In this document: positions 1-14,113 of the stretch, piece by piece | Numbering within the stretch: the stretch's first letter is position 1 | Layout: each line of letters opens with the position of its first letter | NCBI GenBank assembly: GCA_046563655.1 | Contig: CM102290.1 | Coordinates: 2,728,001 to 2,792,000 of the forward strand | DNA: 64,000 bases | Direction: 5' to 3' | DNA from: Yuukianura sp. NJ FZ-2021 | Lineage: Eukaryota | Made by a program: the position numbers and the translations under genes | The notes under the pieces: model-generated | What the model was told of the DNA's origin: nothing | Seen by the model: only the letters and a program-made list of their open reading frames with translations | The model's database searches: none

Positions 1-778
1 GCGAATAGTGAAAGTGATGACTCTGCTCTTCCGTCTTTCTCTCTCTTCAAACCAAGGAGTCCCGCAGGAGATAAAGAAAATGACCATTTCATTGGATCTG
101 GAGGCCATCTACAAAGAATTCATTACTCAATCATCCCCCTTCTTTCCTCCGCTTCCTCAAGACTTAGCGTTAGGCAGAAGTTGGGTCACTGTGATTCAGA
201 ATCCAGAGACAGAGTTACAGAGAGAAAGAAAGAAAAGAGATGTAGAAGGTAGCCTTGGCACGGACGGAGACTTTGATTCAGGCAGGACGAGGACTGGTTG
301 CCAACTTGCCACGGGGTTTAGACGAGGGAAGTTTCTGGTGCTGCCAACTAGTGGGAGAAGTCTCTTCGTCGGGTGATAAGTGTTAGGAGAGACCCGTCGA
401 GAGACTTCCTGTCTCACCAGGGAAAACTGTCACCAACCTCAACTCTCCGACTTCTAACTTAAGAGAAAAATGAGAAAGGTGAGTGCCAAACGAGAACTTT
501 TCTCAACTGATGATGACTTTCTGTGGTTCCTCCCGTCCTTGACTGCATCACAACATTTTGTTCCTCCCCCACGTACATTGTCGTCCTAAGCAAAGTTACC
601 TCTCTGGAGGCTACCAAAACTAAAGTCTCGGGAAGAAGAAAGTAAAAAAAAGTAAAAGTAAAGACACCGAAATCTAACCCAGGAGCATGCCTAAGCAAAA
701 GTACCGCCACGGAACAGCAAGTCAGGAGCAACAGCAGGAGGGCTCCAGCCTCTTCTTTTTGGAATCTCAAAAACTCAC

Positions 779-902
779 CCGCATTGTGTGAAGGTGGAAT
801 GCGCGAAAAAAACTTTCCTTCAAGATAACTCCACAATTCCCGGAGTGAGTTCAGATCGGACGAGTCAACAAAGACCGATAAGTCCGACACAATTTTATCA
901 AC
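779..902 (-). CDS. WDR91: Internal exon of a WD repeat-containing protein 91-like gene (N-terminal region); the rest of the gene was not resolved and probably continues left of the window
   Basis: Exon bounded by a polypyrimidine ttttgcag acceptor (903-904) and a gtgagt donor (778-777). It encodes VDKIVSDLSVFVDSSDLNSLRELWSYLEGKFFSRIPPSHNA, which matches the WDR91 N-terminal segment (VDKIV...DL..LR..WSYLE...FSR) from recalled family sequence; no search was run. Confidence 0.72.
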
Positions 903-3900
903 CTGCAAAAAAAATAAAAGAAAAGGAGTTAGAAATAGTAAGTTTGACAAAAAGAAAATCAAAATCAATAGAAAAAACACTTCCCCTTCACTTTTCCGTC
1001 TACCTTTCTTGCCCAACTTCCCCGCCCCCTTCATCAGCCAACGGAGAAAGTCAGAACCGGCCAAAAAAGAGGGTTTAACTCCCTGCCAACTTACTGAAAT
1101 TTTGACAAAGACAATGCTCCATTTCCTATACACTCCATCGTTACTACTAGTACAGAGAACCATTATCTTCATCAGATTCGTCCAAGTCTGCCATGAAAGA
1201 CCAAAATATGAACGCCTCTTTCTCTTTACTTTCTTCATACGTGTCAAATCTGTCCTTTACTCTCCCCTATCCCTCAGTGGATCCCACTCAACTTTGAGCT
1301 GGGACTTGCAAGGATTTCACGAGTTTATAACACTACAAAACTCAAACTTTTTTTGACGTGCAACGTCTTATGTCTAGCCGCTTACTCTCCCCTTTCATCT
1401 CCCGCACACTAATCGAAAATGTAGTCGGAGTTTTCATATGCCAAAAATACGCACTCAACTCATTGGATCAACACTCTACTAACTCAAAAAATGATTACAA
1501 AGATTTAAAAAAAACTCGTTATCATCTCTGAGCAAAGAATTTTCTTCAACTCTAAAAATATGACCTACAAATGTCACAAAAAAAAATCAAATTTCACAAT
1601 GAAAATTAATCAAATTCAGGAACATTTAGTTTAATTTCAGTTTCGCTCTGCATTTCCGATTCCTCTTAAGAAATTAGACGAGACAAAAGGAGAAAGTGGC
1701 TCTTGAGAAGAAAGCATACCTAAAAAAAAGCTTTTATATGAATTGAAAGGATTACGAAAAACGATTATTGAATACCCCACGTGAAAAGAAATGTAACTAG
1801 GACTACCGGTAAATTATAGACATAGAATGCCCACCATTTACTCTTTTCTTCCCCATAATATCTATGAATCTGAAAGGGATAATAATTCTGCCAATCGGTA
1901 TTATACTTCTCCTTTCTCCAATTTCTTTCTCCAGTGAAAGGCACAAGCCACACAAACACGACAAAGTGTTACACAATTCAAAGCTGTACAACATAAAAAA
2001 TTCTATTTCATTATTTTTTGTATAAAAACTACAAAAAAAAAAACGTTGTAATTTAAATCATCTGAAGGAAAAAAAAAACATTCGTCCAAGCTAAGTTTTC
2101 TGTAATAACCATAACTTTTTTGGCAATAGCTCCTAAGGTGCTTCAATTCCTCCAGGTTATATAAATATTCTTTTCTGAGTTATGACGCAAACAGTTTCTC
2201 TAATTTTCAGTTCCAACGTCCCGGAGGACGTGACTTTCAGGAAAAGTAAGACTTTTTGTAGAAAAGACAAAAAAGGAGCAAGTATTTGACAGGCGGCATA
2301 GTAGACAAAAGGAATTGACTGTAGTCGTAGTAGTGAAAGCTCCTCAATGGTTCTATGTTAGGTTTCTTCTCCTTCAATACACAGATGAATCAAGTATGGT
2401 AATGAAGGACATCAGTTCAGTTCCACCAATTTACTGTCTACGTTCCGCCCAAGTCAAAAAAAAATCAACTACACCAAAAATGAGCCACGGCTTTCACTAC
2501 TTTCTTTAACCTTGAAGCAAACAAGCACTTGCGGTTAAAAGTTTTCCGCTTCTTATTCTTATTTAATACTCTTTTTACAAATGAGGTCACCATTTCGACT
2601 ACGCAAAAATTATTACGACAATCTTTCTCCTTTCCCAAAGACATCCATTAATTATAATAATGCCAAAAAACTATGGTTTGTCTGCTCGTGATGTACTATC
2701 TGTCAAATTTTAGGAGAAAAAACAAAAGAAATTACACCAATTTCTAAAAAAAATTCCAACAAAGTCGAAAATTATTTTTAAAAAAAACTCCTCCCTTCAA
2801 ACGAATTTTTTTCTTGACGAAAAACGTAGGTATCACAATCCTCCAGAAATCATAAAAACCAAAAAGCAAAAGAAAACATTTTTTTTTCTTCAAAATTCTC
2901 ACTAAAAAACTTTTTTTCTTGAGGTCGTAATAATATTTCATGTTCAATTTTGTACCTTCCAAAATTTTGGCTTATTCCAAATTTGGGTTAAAATAAATTT
3001 TAAAGATGCTTAGAAAAGAATTTTTTTTTGCCTCAGTGCCCCACTTTGCCTCACTTTCACCACATTTTTTTTTGTAAATCGAAAACTAAAGCTTTTTAAA
3101 TTTTCAAAAACATGCTTTTCTTATGTCAATTTGGTTCTAGAAAAAATTTCGAGCCCAGAACATATCTTACGCGTGGTGTAGTAGTTTCAACATAAAAAAG
3201 AAAACACCAGAAACAAAAATTATGAACAAAACACCTCATCCGAACGTTACGGTTATTCTTTCATGGCAATTCTCACGTACTCCAATTACAGTCGTATACG
3301 GATCAAATGTCAACGGTAAGTAAATGGAAAGTATTTTGTTAGTTTCAGTACCGAGTTTTTAGCAATGCAGTTTCTCGCAAAAAAAAAACTTATTTGGGGC
3401 TCCACAGTTAACCCTGCAACCAAACGGGCTAATGAATGCAAATTAATTAATTTCACTCTAACTTTCGAATTGTAAACAACTTACTAATTAAATGTTTCCT
3501 CATCGCAATTATTTCATTAACAGAAAAGATCAACATCAGCTTGCGAAAACTCAAAGACAATTTCAAAATCCCACTAAACCACAACCGCAGTGTAATAACC
3601 GTCTGACCCCTCACGAAAATAAATATCAAACCCGGACAAATTTAAACTTGTCCGCCATACCGTCCGCCGAATGTGCTCAAACGTTTAAAGTTCATTAAAT
3701 GTCACTGATCACTTCTACCACTTTTTTTTTCATTCATTTCAAAATTGGCTCCAACTACATCCCCATCAACCCATCTTCAATCAACCAAAGCAACTTTAGA
3801 ATAATTATTCCTAAAACTTTTCCATTGTAATCGTTTTGTCTTGTCTTTTTTTGGCTCCCACCGTCACTCCAATTATTCAAAGACTTCCAAGAAATGAACA

Positions 3901-6209
3901 CAGAGAGAGTAGAAAATAGCTCAAATTTAAATTTAGCCTTCTTAATTCACCCTCTCAAGATGTTGAATTGGAGTGGAAAAGGTGGGGTTATATTTAGATC
4001 TCCAATGTCATCTTCCTTCCATGGAGCTTAGGCATTAGCACAACAGATACAGAACATGTCAGGTCACATGCATCAACCATTATTCCACTCCACTCCATTC
4101 CGAACTGAACGCTGCCCCATACATAATCATTCAACTGGACAACACACGCCTCTCTCCACCAAATTCTAATTTTCCTAATGGACATTTCACTTCTGTTTGA
4201 ACAAACTTTAACAAAGTTTTCTTTAATTTTCTTTTTCCAACTGGAATTACAACCAAAGAAAAAGAAAGTCGCAAATCCCGAAGCTTCAGTAAGAAATGAA
4301 AAAAAAAATCTTTTTTGAAGTTTGAAGTTAGTAGTGAGAAACCAATGGGACTTCGTGAAGTTCCTGGCCTTTCTCGAAGGCCCGAGAAAACTCGAAAAAC
4401 GTCTTCCGCCAATTCTATATTTGCTTAAAATGAAATCTTTAGAAAGTTAAGGAAAGGTCGGCACCACATCCGGGAAACCGCATCAACAGGATTTTGTGTT
4501 TAATTTAAATAAAAAAAAGTCTCATTAATCTGGGCTCTGGGAAAACCTCATCTCTAAAAAAGAAGGCACCAGGCAGAGGAAAAGTGAAGGGAGTAACTAA
4601 TTGGAGCCTGAATCTAATCAAGAAACCCTTTGGCTTCTACCCAACTTTAGCTGAATCCTAACCAAATAAAACAAGTTTCAAAAACGAACAAATCCCACGG
4701 CACACACCTCACAGCACAGCAGCAGAACCAGTTGAACAACATAATCTCGTTCAATCTTTCAAAAGATGCAGTTACTATGTAGTAACGAGAGCCAGAGAGG
4801 TTAGAAATAGACGTGCACTCTAGGGATCTTATGTCATTCGGGTTATGATTAGTTGACTTTTCATTAGGCAATTTTTCTTTTCAATTCTTTTCATCTTTAT
4901 CTTTAATTAAGTTCCTGTTGTAAGTCGGCGGGGACATTTCTTCAGAAGTTTTTAAATCCAAATTTCTAGGATTTCACAGATAAAAAAAATCATCATCACA
5001 AAAAATCCGAAAAATGAAAATTGTTCTCGTTCCAGAAAGTTCATGGAAACTCCAAATTCAAAAACGGCTTCAAAATTCGATGTTTTGGAACCGAGAAACG
5101 TAATTGAGGTCAACAATTTGATCAGAGAAAAAACTAATTGTAATTAATTGCTTCCAAATTGGCATCCTACTCTTCATATGACTCAAGATCAAGTTCCAAA
5201 GTGAACATGCAACAAGAAAGTGCACTTTGTCTCTCTCGACAACGGAAACGGGTTAATTTTAGATGGAGATACACGAGGAGCAGGTCGATATAATTTTTAA
5301 ACTTTCATAGAAATTGTCAACTCGTAGTAGCCGTTTTGAATCCATTTGTAGCCTCATCCGCTTCCTAGTAAAATGTATGAGAAGTGGATCGAACATCTTT
5401 AAGATTCCTTTCAAAACCAAGAGAAAAATTCTAAATCAAATTTTCTCTGCTCTTGCAAGACTGAAAGGAATACTGTGTATGTAAAGAGAAAGGAAGGAAG
5501 AAGGTACGGGATTTTTGTTAGGTCATGTCAATGCACGTTACAGAAATGAGTGGCAGCGAAGAATCTTCAGACCTTGAACCCATAAAAGCTGAAATGTTCT
5601 TAAACATTTCGTTTGTTCCCGTTTCCTCTGCCCCTCTCTTTTACCTAAAAAGGAAAGTGGCTTTCACCCAAGTTCCTCCTTAAACTTTAACACACAAAAG
5701 GCTATGGAGGAGGCAACCATAGTCTGTTCTCTGTTAAAAGGAAAATGGATTGGAGACAATACTCAGCAAACACTTCTGGAGAAAGCTTACTTCTTTGGGG
5801 CCTGACCTTAAAACCATTCCTTTCAATTCCAACAAAACACAAAATACCAATGGCAAAATCGAATTAATTATGAAGGAAGCAAACAGCAGAGCGACTTTCT
5901 CCTTTCGCAATTCTACTTTTCGCAAAGTAAAATAAAAAAAAAAGACCTCCACCCTTGCCATTTTCAAATAATAGAACAAAAAGCGCTGGAAATGGAGAAA
6001 GGTTCTACACTTGTTCTTCACGGACATGAATTCAATTACACCAAGTTCATCACCGTCAACACTGAAAAATTCGCTTGGTCCGTATGCAAAAAAATCCGTA
6101 AAAAAATGCAAAATTGAATAGCCTAGTCTAATCCTGACATAAACAATCTTACTTCAAGACGTGACCTTGCTTTCTCCTTCGAAATCGAAAACCTGCCCAT
6201 TCATCAAAC

Positions 6210-6406
6210 CAAGGTTCCTTGACACTAAAATTTTAGAATTCCGTGTGATTTAATACCAGAGACGTCAGCTAAAATTGATCAGAAATTGAGGTGAAGTTTA
6301 ATCGGTTTCGTTTTTGAAAATTTTGGCAAAAAATTGAAAAACCCGAGTTATTGGACAACCTGGTGTAGAAAAAGTAAAAAGTTTTTTTCCTTGTTTACGA
6401 ACCTTG
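6210..6406. mobile_element. hAT-like MITE (CAAGGTT-terminus family)
   Basis: Starts caaggttc and ends gaaccttg. Flanks catcaaac/attcaaac match 6/8 (degenerate 8-bp TSD). Internal segment cgagttattggacaacctggtgtagaaaaagt recurs near 37266. Confidence 0.65.
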
Positions 6407-9400
6407 ATTCAAACATTCACATAACGGAAAGCGGGAAAGCATATACTGTAAAAGCATCCAGAAAATGAAATTCCAAATCCTTTAATTTGACAACTTCCCC
6501 TGAAACTTTAATTTTCCAAGAAAATTTCAATAATTCCGCTAAACTGCTTAAATTTTCATCACAACTTATTTATTAGCCATATTCCACAATGACTTTTCCC
6601 GATTCCTTGAAATTACCAATTTAAGTAGACAACATAGTCTTCCAATATTTTTACGTAGGGATTCCTCTCTGATCCGACAATATGGGCATATAACTTTCAT
6701 CATCCCAAATTGGAAATAGTTTGAGAACCCAAGAAGTTTTTAGTGTGCAGAACACTTTTTCTTTAGTTTCCGCCATAAAACTACTAAAAGGATCCTGTAC
6801 TTTTCCAATAAATTCTTTTCACATTGTTTACCCCTACTTTCCGCCTGCCATTTTATATTGCCAAAAAAAAAACAATGTCATCGTTGGTATAGTAAAAGTA
6901 CTATGAGGAATTATACCAAGGAAACTTCCCACTTCCGTCGTCCTTCATACACACACGCTGGACATTCTTCGATCTTCGCCGTGAAGCAACAAGCACGATG
7001 ACACTTTTGAGAAATAATGCGCACTTTATACTGGATCTTATTGTAATCAACTAGTGCAGCTAAAAGATGAAGCATGGCTATCAGGACACTTAAGCCTGTA
7101 CTGGACAAACCTACTCCATCAACGCCAACTTTCCAAAGCCCCTGCTCTTCCTCTTACATTTTTAGATTAAACTTTGATTGGATTGGACATTCCAGGAGGA
7201 ATATTGGCTAAGGAATGACCACACCCTACATAACACTCAACCGGTGTGCCCCACAACATAAAACAAAATAGAGTTCCAGGTCATTTGGGCAGTTGGAAAC
7301 GGGAAGTTTAGCCTAACCTATGTTGACCTTGGTCCAGAAACAGGACCGGAAGACGGAACAGGAACCAAAGATGTAGTTGTGGGCGTCGTTTGAGGAAGTG
7401 CTGGGCAACGGGGAATGGGGGGATGATGATGGCGCGTAGGGAAAAGAGAAGGGCGTTCAGTGGTGATGGTGCTCAGAATGTGCTAAAGAGCCTCCTAATA
7501 TAAAGTCCCCCAGAACTCGTCCATTACTGAAAGATTTATTCAGTTCAACGCCCATAAATCCCGTCTAATGTTTTATGGGACTTCCTTCCTGGAAGAAGGG
7601 CTCACTGCACTGGAAGGAGTCCAGACCCAGCTAGGAAACACAACCCGAATCAATCCATGCCCTCCAAATCACAAGAGGATTCCATTTCTTTACTTTCTCC
7701 CGCCCAAGGACCCACGCAAAAGACACTCAAGTGGGAAATTAACGTAGATCCACATCCCTGCCCCACCAATTTCCACCAAAAAAAAAGAAGAATTTCCCTG
7801 CTGGTGCTGGACTAAGGTTTCAAAATTGGCGTCAGAATTTGAAAGAGAGATTCTAGGAATTCTCTCCAGTTATCCTTATGCTTTCTGATTTAGAAGAAAG
7901 GGAGCTCATCTGCTCATCCCAAAGTACTTTGACTCTCTAAGTCGTCTAATGGGCTCCTAGCTTCACTAAAGTTAAGCCGAACTAAAATCCGGAGCCGAAC
8001 CCGTTCTTCCTCTGTCTCACTTGATGAAGTGATAAAGTTGGAATAATGCTCATTCAGCCTAACTGCCCCCTTTCTCCTAACTTAACCTAACATTTCTCTA
8101 TCTCCTCATCCACATGACTGCTTACTGGAGAAAGTCATATTAAAGTGTCTTCCTCAAGGACACAACCACCCAATAGGCCTCAAAATTATGACACATTATT
8201 CAACGGGTTTGCCAAACTATTATCTTCTCAACGCGTCTTGTTACAATCAACCAAAATGAGTACTTGCGTTTTCTCCGTTGTTCAAAAACCCTCGAAATTA
8301 TGAGAATAATCCAGAAACTAGAACGCAAAGAATGAGTCATTCTTCAAAAAAAAAAAATAGTCAAAAACACCTACAAAAATTAATTCATCACAATAATAAC
8401 AATATTTACTAATAATTACTTAATTTACTATATATAACAATTAATAACACAATCTTCACAGTTACTAAAAAAAATTGAATCTCCGTCTGATGACAACTAA
8501 ATTGAAATCTGCCATGTAAAATCGTAAGCCAAAACGGTGTCTTCACCAGACAAATTCAAAAAATTTCCCACACACATTTTGAAAAAGACTTTTAGTGAAA
8601 GAAGTGAAACAGGCGCGTGTGGGAGTCAGTTGGTCCAGTGCAATAGAAAATGCAACGTCAGTTGAACCGTTCCGGTTTTCAGAACCAAAAGTCAGTGCCA
8701 AAATAGATTCAGAATAGACAAGAAGATGAGTGTTATGTTATAGACTTAAGTGATATTGTGGAACAACTGCATGGAAGATGATGCAAATCAAGGATTAATA
8801 ACAAACACTTGCCTCTTATTCCACACATACATCAGCAAAAGGTGAAGGAAAGCGAATTTGTTTTTGGTTTCACACTTCTCACGGCAGGAGTGTTTGAAAT
8901 CCTACGTTACGGGCCTAACTTTCTCCACTGACTTTCTCTTGGAAGGTGGAAAACACTAGGGAGAAGAACCGAAGAAGAGAAGAGTGAAGAGCTCAATTCT
9001 TTCATTAATCTTTTCCTGACTCAGACTCTGACCTCATCCATTCTTCTCAACTACCTAACTTGAAACAGTTCCAGCGAAAGAACTGGGACAGATCTCCAGT
9101 AGATTTCCACAGTAGTGGATTTCAAATAACACATTCTGTAGCGATGCCTTTCACTCTTGTGCGAACGTTATAAGGAAGGACATTGGGCATGGCGGTAACA
9201 AGAGAAATTGGAACTTTGGAGTGCTCGACTGGGTTAATGAAAACGAACTTTTCGGGTCGAAGAGCATTGGATTCTTTCTTTTAGAAAACCTTGGAAAATC
9301 ACCTAAATCACCTCACCTTTCTCTAATGGAAAAAGAATGAAGGCACATTGAAACAAAACGTCTAAGAAAAGAAATAAGGCAGAAATGAAAAAGTGTTTCG

Positions 9401-12400
9401 ACTAGGAAGGGAGACAAGACAAGCCGTTTCCAGCAGCAACAGCAGGAAAGCTACAAGGATGAGCCATTTCCTTTCTCTGAGGTTTTGCTTTCACTGATAC
9501 TCAAGCGTGCGGGTATTCAACAGTGACCGCATTTAAAGTTTGAACTTGGCGTAATACGATACTCCTGTATAAAAAGTGGCGGGTGTTATAAATAAGTATG
9601 GAATTGGATCAAAAGCTGAGCGTTTGGAACGCTTGGAATTTAGAATTCCCTGGATAGAGTTTTAAATTATTTCGTCAATAAACAAATCTCGGAAGCACAT
9701 AAATCAAATCCTATTCTTCCTCTCTCCGTTGTCGTCGTAGTCGTGTCTCAGCATCAGATTTTCTCCCGCCTCAGAAGAAACTACCCGGGTAAGACTATAA
9801 AGCTCCCGTTTTCCCTTTAAAGTGGAGACAATGGGAAGTCGATTATTAATACAGAAGGTTATTCTTCATCTCCAGCAGCATCTAGGCACCCTCCAACCTC
9901 CTTTCTCCTGAGTCTTTAATGCCGTTGTTCCAGGTGCCACTCTCTCCTGCTTTCTTTTCTGTGCAAAAAGAAGGTTCAATCTCCAGGAAAATGCAAATTC
10001 AACTACTTGTGCTTTGGAACACTTCTTTCCTCCTACTTTCCCAAACTAACTGAACCAAACCTAGGCTTAAACTCCTAAGAAAAGTGGAAACTGTGGTTCT
10101 GGAAAAGAGAACAACTTTACTCCACTTTCACCCAACCCCTTTAATCCATAAACTGAATTTTCATCTTCAAAAACCTCAAAAGCAAACTACTACGGCCAAA
10201 GTCTTCTCAAATTATGGAACCCAAAAGGGAAATTTTCCAGAAAAAGTCAATTCCAGTGGCAGTATCATCTCATCATCTCCACCTTCTCTTGTTCGTAAAA
10301 AGTGTAACGCTCTTTTTCCAGATTCCGTTTAGATAACCCAGTGTCTCCTCTCTAGTACGATATTCACAATTTGATGACAAGACAAAAGACATGAGAGTTT
10401 GATACTTTCGGGAGTCTAGTAAAAACTGTTCTCACTTTCCTCGAGAATTTCAAATAAACTGAGAGTTGTTTTCTTCCCCTGAGGTACTCATCTCCCAATC
10501 AAGTACTTATTTACCAATTTCCTCTTACGTCACACTTACACTGAAACACAAAAGACACACGGAGATAGTAGAAGTGAAATCTTCATTGATTGATATTGCA
10601 GGCTTCCCCAGAGGACGGCACGGCCGACTAAAAAAGAGTATCAGGATCCTGTTGTTGTTTTCTCTAACTTTCACTTCATGTGAACTTACCTTAGCGCCCT
10701 CTTTGTTTTAAACCATCAACAAACGATGACAAGGAGAAACTACCTTACCTAACGTTAGCTTCCATAAGCGTCAACATACCCTTGGTCAAAAAAAAATTGA
10801 AAATGTTTTTGATGGAAGCCTCCCCCCCCCCCTTCTGTTCAATTGAGCAGTTCTCGGACAAAAAAAAAACAATTTCTGAGGAAAGCGAACGGAAATGGTC
10901 GTAACAAAAACGTTGTAAAAGGGAAAAAACTGCAACAAAGTTGTCAAAAAAAAAGCTTCTTTTGTGGATCAGAAATTGTCCAGTTTGAGTTTGAAGAGGG
11001 TTTACAAAAAGCGAAAAAAAAATGGGAAGGGTCGGCCCCTTTAACTTACATAAGCAGAGAAGAGACAGAGATGTTTAGTAACATTGTACTTACCGTAGCC
11101 ATCTCCAGTTTGCCAGTCCTTGTCCGTCGACGATTCTACCGCTGCAAAGAGTAAAGTCAATGTTCAAACAATGAATGATGAATGGAATGATGAGATATGA
11201 GAGACGAGCAGGTCAGTGTTGACTTTTTCGTTGATTGGTACCGGTAAACTGTCGTAAATAGTTGTAATTTCCTGGTTCGTTTGCCTCTGTCGTTTCAGTT
11301 TAATGCCCTTGGATTCCAGAATTCGTCCAGTCCGCCTGTTTTAGAATAATTAACCTTTAGTTAATAAATCAAATTCAAAATTCAGTACCAGCTTAAACTA
11401 AGACTAACATATTCAACGACGGTTACAGCGATTGTATCATGTCATCGCAAATTACGTTTGTCTTACCAGTTGAATCCACGTCGACGAACCAGCACCAGAA
11501 TGATCCAAAACCAATTAATGGATTAATTGTTCATGCGTCTGTTGTACTTAGGAACTAATTAGTGGGCGTTCTGGCAAGCCAGTTAGTATCTGTGTTGAAT
11601 GTAAACAAAACAACAACAAACACAGATGACGGGAAGAGTTCCATATCACAGTCTATCGCAGTAACCACTAGAATGGAATAAATCGCACGAAAAAGCTCCG
11701 CAGCTTTCTCTACTGCGATCCAACCTCCATGCCACCCCAAAAACGACTGACTTCGCGGGCAGGGTTTGCGACCAACCGCTCTAGAATTCCCACAAAATCC
11801 TTGTAGTTAGCACAGGTAGTTAGATATTTTTAAACAAAAAATAATTACTAGAACACTGTCCGTTTAAATTTAACTGTAAATTTAGCGTACGTACCTATAC
11901 TCCTATGCAAGTACATGTACAAGTAAATTGCAATATTACTTCAAAGGAAGTACAAAGTCAAATGCCACGTTACCTTGTGATTTGTACTGGAAATGCAAAT
12001 AAATATATAATACTATAATATCGTAGTAATAAAAGCAGTAATAGCTATTGCATACTTCGTAATCGGGCGCCATATCGTACTTCCCTGCCCCATCCGCGAC
12101 GACAGACGATGGTTCCGTTCCGGTATAAAGCGACTGGGGTGCTAATTGGAGTGACCGTAACAGACTGTATCACTTCTTTCCTTGTCACTTTTGAATTAGG
12201 ATTTTCCCGCTTTATTTAAATCGAACGGGGAAAAACACAATGCTCTCAAAAACTCAAACTCCCTAGGTATCCTTCCTTCCTTACGATAAATTGCCGGGGA
12301 GTGCGGTCAGATCCCTTTGGTATTTGAAATTAATTAAATAATTGTAGGTATTAATTAATTACGTACACCCCTCTTATTGTTTCAAACGGCAAGCTTCAGG

Positions 12401-12473
12401 GTTAGGGTTAACTACTCCGCGAATTATCTAACACCCTGGTCAACCTGCATCACAGCCTAGGTCACCAATCACC

Positions 12474-13439
12474 ATGTTCAGAAAGTAAGTTGACAATCAG
12501 CAGTGCCGACTGTGCTGACTGCTGAGCTGAAGTGCTGATTCAGCACAGCACCAGCATGTGTTGCATTTGGATTTGGAGAACTAACGTGATGTAATAATTG
12601 TCTACTTACTTGTCAATTGTTGTTTTTAGATTCAGCGAAAAGGAATCCGTTTCGGGTATGCAACAATTGAAATCGTCGGTCCAGAAGCAAATTAGAAACA
12701 AAATTCTAGAATATTATCCAGAACTTGATCCATACATCGAAGGTATTTTTCCCAAGAAAGATAGCTTCAAAATCGTTAAATGGTAAGCTTAAATCCCGTG
12801 TTGTTACATCTGTCAAAACGATTGTGCAGATCAGTGGATACGCCTTGGTTTTATCGTTCTGTTTTAGCCATGATCATATCGAGATTATAGTGTCTGGTAC
12901 TGGAGAAGCCTTATTTTTCAAACACAGGGAAGGAGCATGGTTTCCCACATTACGTCTTCTTCATCAGTGTGAGTGGGTCACTGAATCATGCTACACAATA
13001 AAAATATGACATAATTTCAGATTTTTAGTTAATTTCAGGATAGCGTAACTGGACATTTTTGTTTTTGTTTTTTAGATCCATTCATGCTTGCTCAGGAACA
13101 AGTTGATCGCGGTGCCATAAAGTTTGTTCTCAGCGGTGCAAACGTAATGTGTCCTGGTCTTACCTCTGCTGGTGCCAAGCTGACAGATGTTCCAAAGGAT
13201 ACGATTGTTGCTGTGATGGCTGAGGGGAAGCAGTTCGCATTAGCTGTCGGAATTACTGTGATGTCTACTGCAGATATGTGAGTCTGAAGAAGATGATATA
13301 AATAATTCGATAACTAAAACCAACGTTAAATAGTGATTAACTTTAACCTTGTTATAGAACGAAAATCAATCGTGGAATAGGAATCGAGATTGTCCATTAC
13401 CTCAACGATGGCCTCTGGACTTTGAAGCCAATGAAATGA
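12474..13439 (+). CDS. MCTS1: Malignant T-cell-amplified sequence 1 (MCT-1; PUA-domain translation re-initiation factor), 182 aa, 5 exons
   Basis: Exons 12474-12484, 12630-12782, 12868-12968, 13076-13277, 13358-13439, all GT-AG and in frame. Protein MFRKFSEKE...KIVKCHDHIEI...[11 protein letters not shown]...[22 protein letters not shown]...HYLNDGLW is diagnostic. AATAAA at 13680-13685. Confidence 0.96.
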
Positions 13440-13920
13440 GTGGGTGTACTTTCGCCTACGTCACAACACTAATGCAGAGAGCATGGAAGACCCCGTTTGT
13501 CCCGCGCATGAAGTACCCTCACTCGGATTCATTATGCCAGGCAGTCACGCAAAATTTTAACTTAAATTAAGTAAATCTTAATTTCTTACATCTTAAGTTT
13601 TCAAACTAAGAAGTCTGGATTTGAGGACTGCTCGGAGAAGTTGATTCCAAATGAACTACCCCCTGCAGAACAAAATACCAATAAATTTTCATCAAACTAA
13701 AGCTGAGGGCTTTCGGAAATTCATCTCATGCTTTTCTCCAACAGGATATCGTCTTCGTCATGCAATTGGTGATTCTATGGAACTTCTTTCTCCGAGCATT
13801 CCTTCCGTGTTTGTTGACAAGACGAGGGAGGTTTTGTCCCGTGCCACTTTTGGTGGGCTGGACTCAGTATCTCCCTACGACAAGATTCAGAGGAGCCATA
13901 AGGTTACAATTTGAGTTCCT

Positions 13921-13927
13921 TATAAAT
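13921..13927 (+). promoter_or_regulatory. Candidate TATA box of the neuropeptide gene
   Basis: TATAAAT about 190 bp upstream of the precursor ATG (14114) and downstream of the MCTS1 poly(A) signal. Confidence 0.4.
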
Positions 13928-14113
13928 AGGATGCGATTCTGTCGTTCCTTCATTCTACCCGTGAACACGTCTCTCTTATCTTCTCCAACGACTTCATCGC
14001 TTGGAGTCATCGTCAACAGGACACTTCAAGCTACATTCACATATTCGTCGGCAAGAACAGCTTAGTTTACATTCTCTTTTAATAACTCCATAGTCGACCA
14101 GGGTCACGTCACA

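Noticed and set aside
459..1247. 262-aa ORF as a complete protein
   Set aside because: Only 779-902 is splice-bounded and homologous; the rest is intronic read-through, including a polypyrimidine tract.
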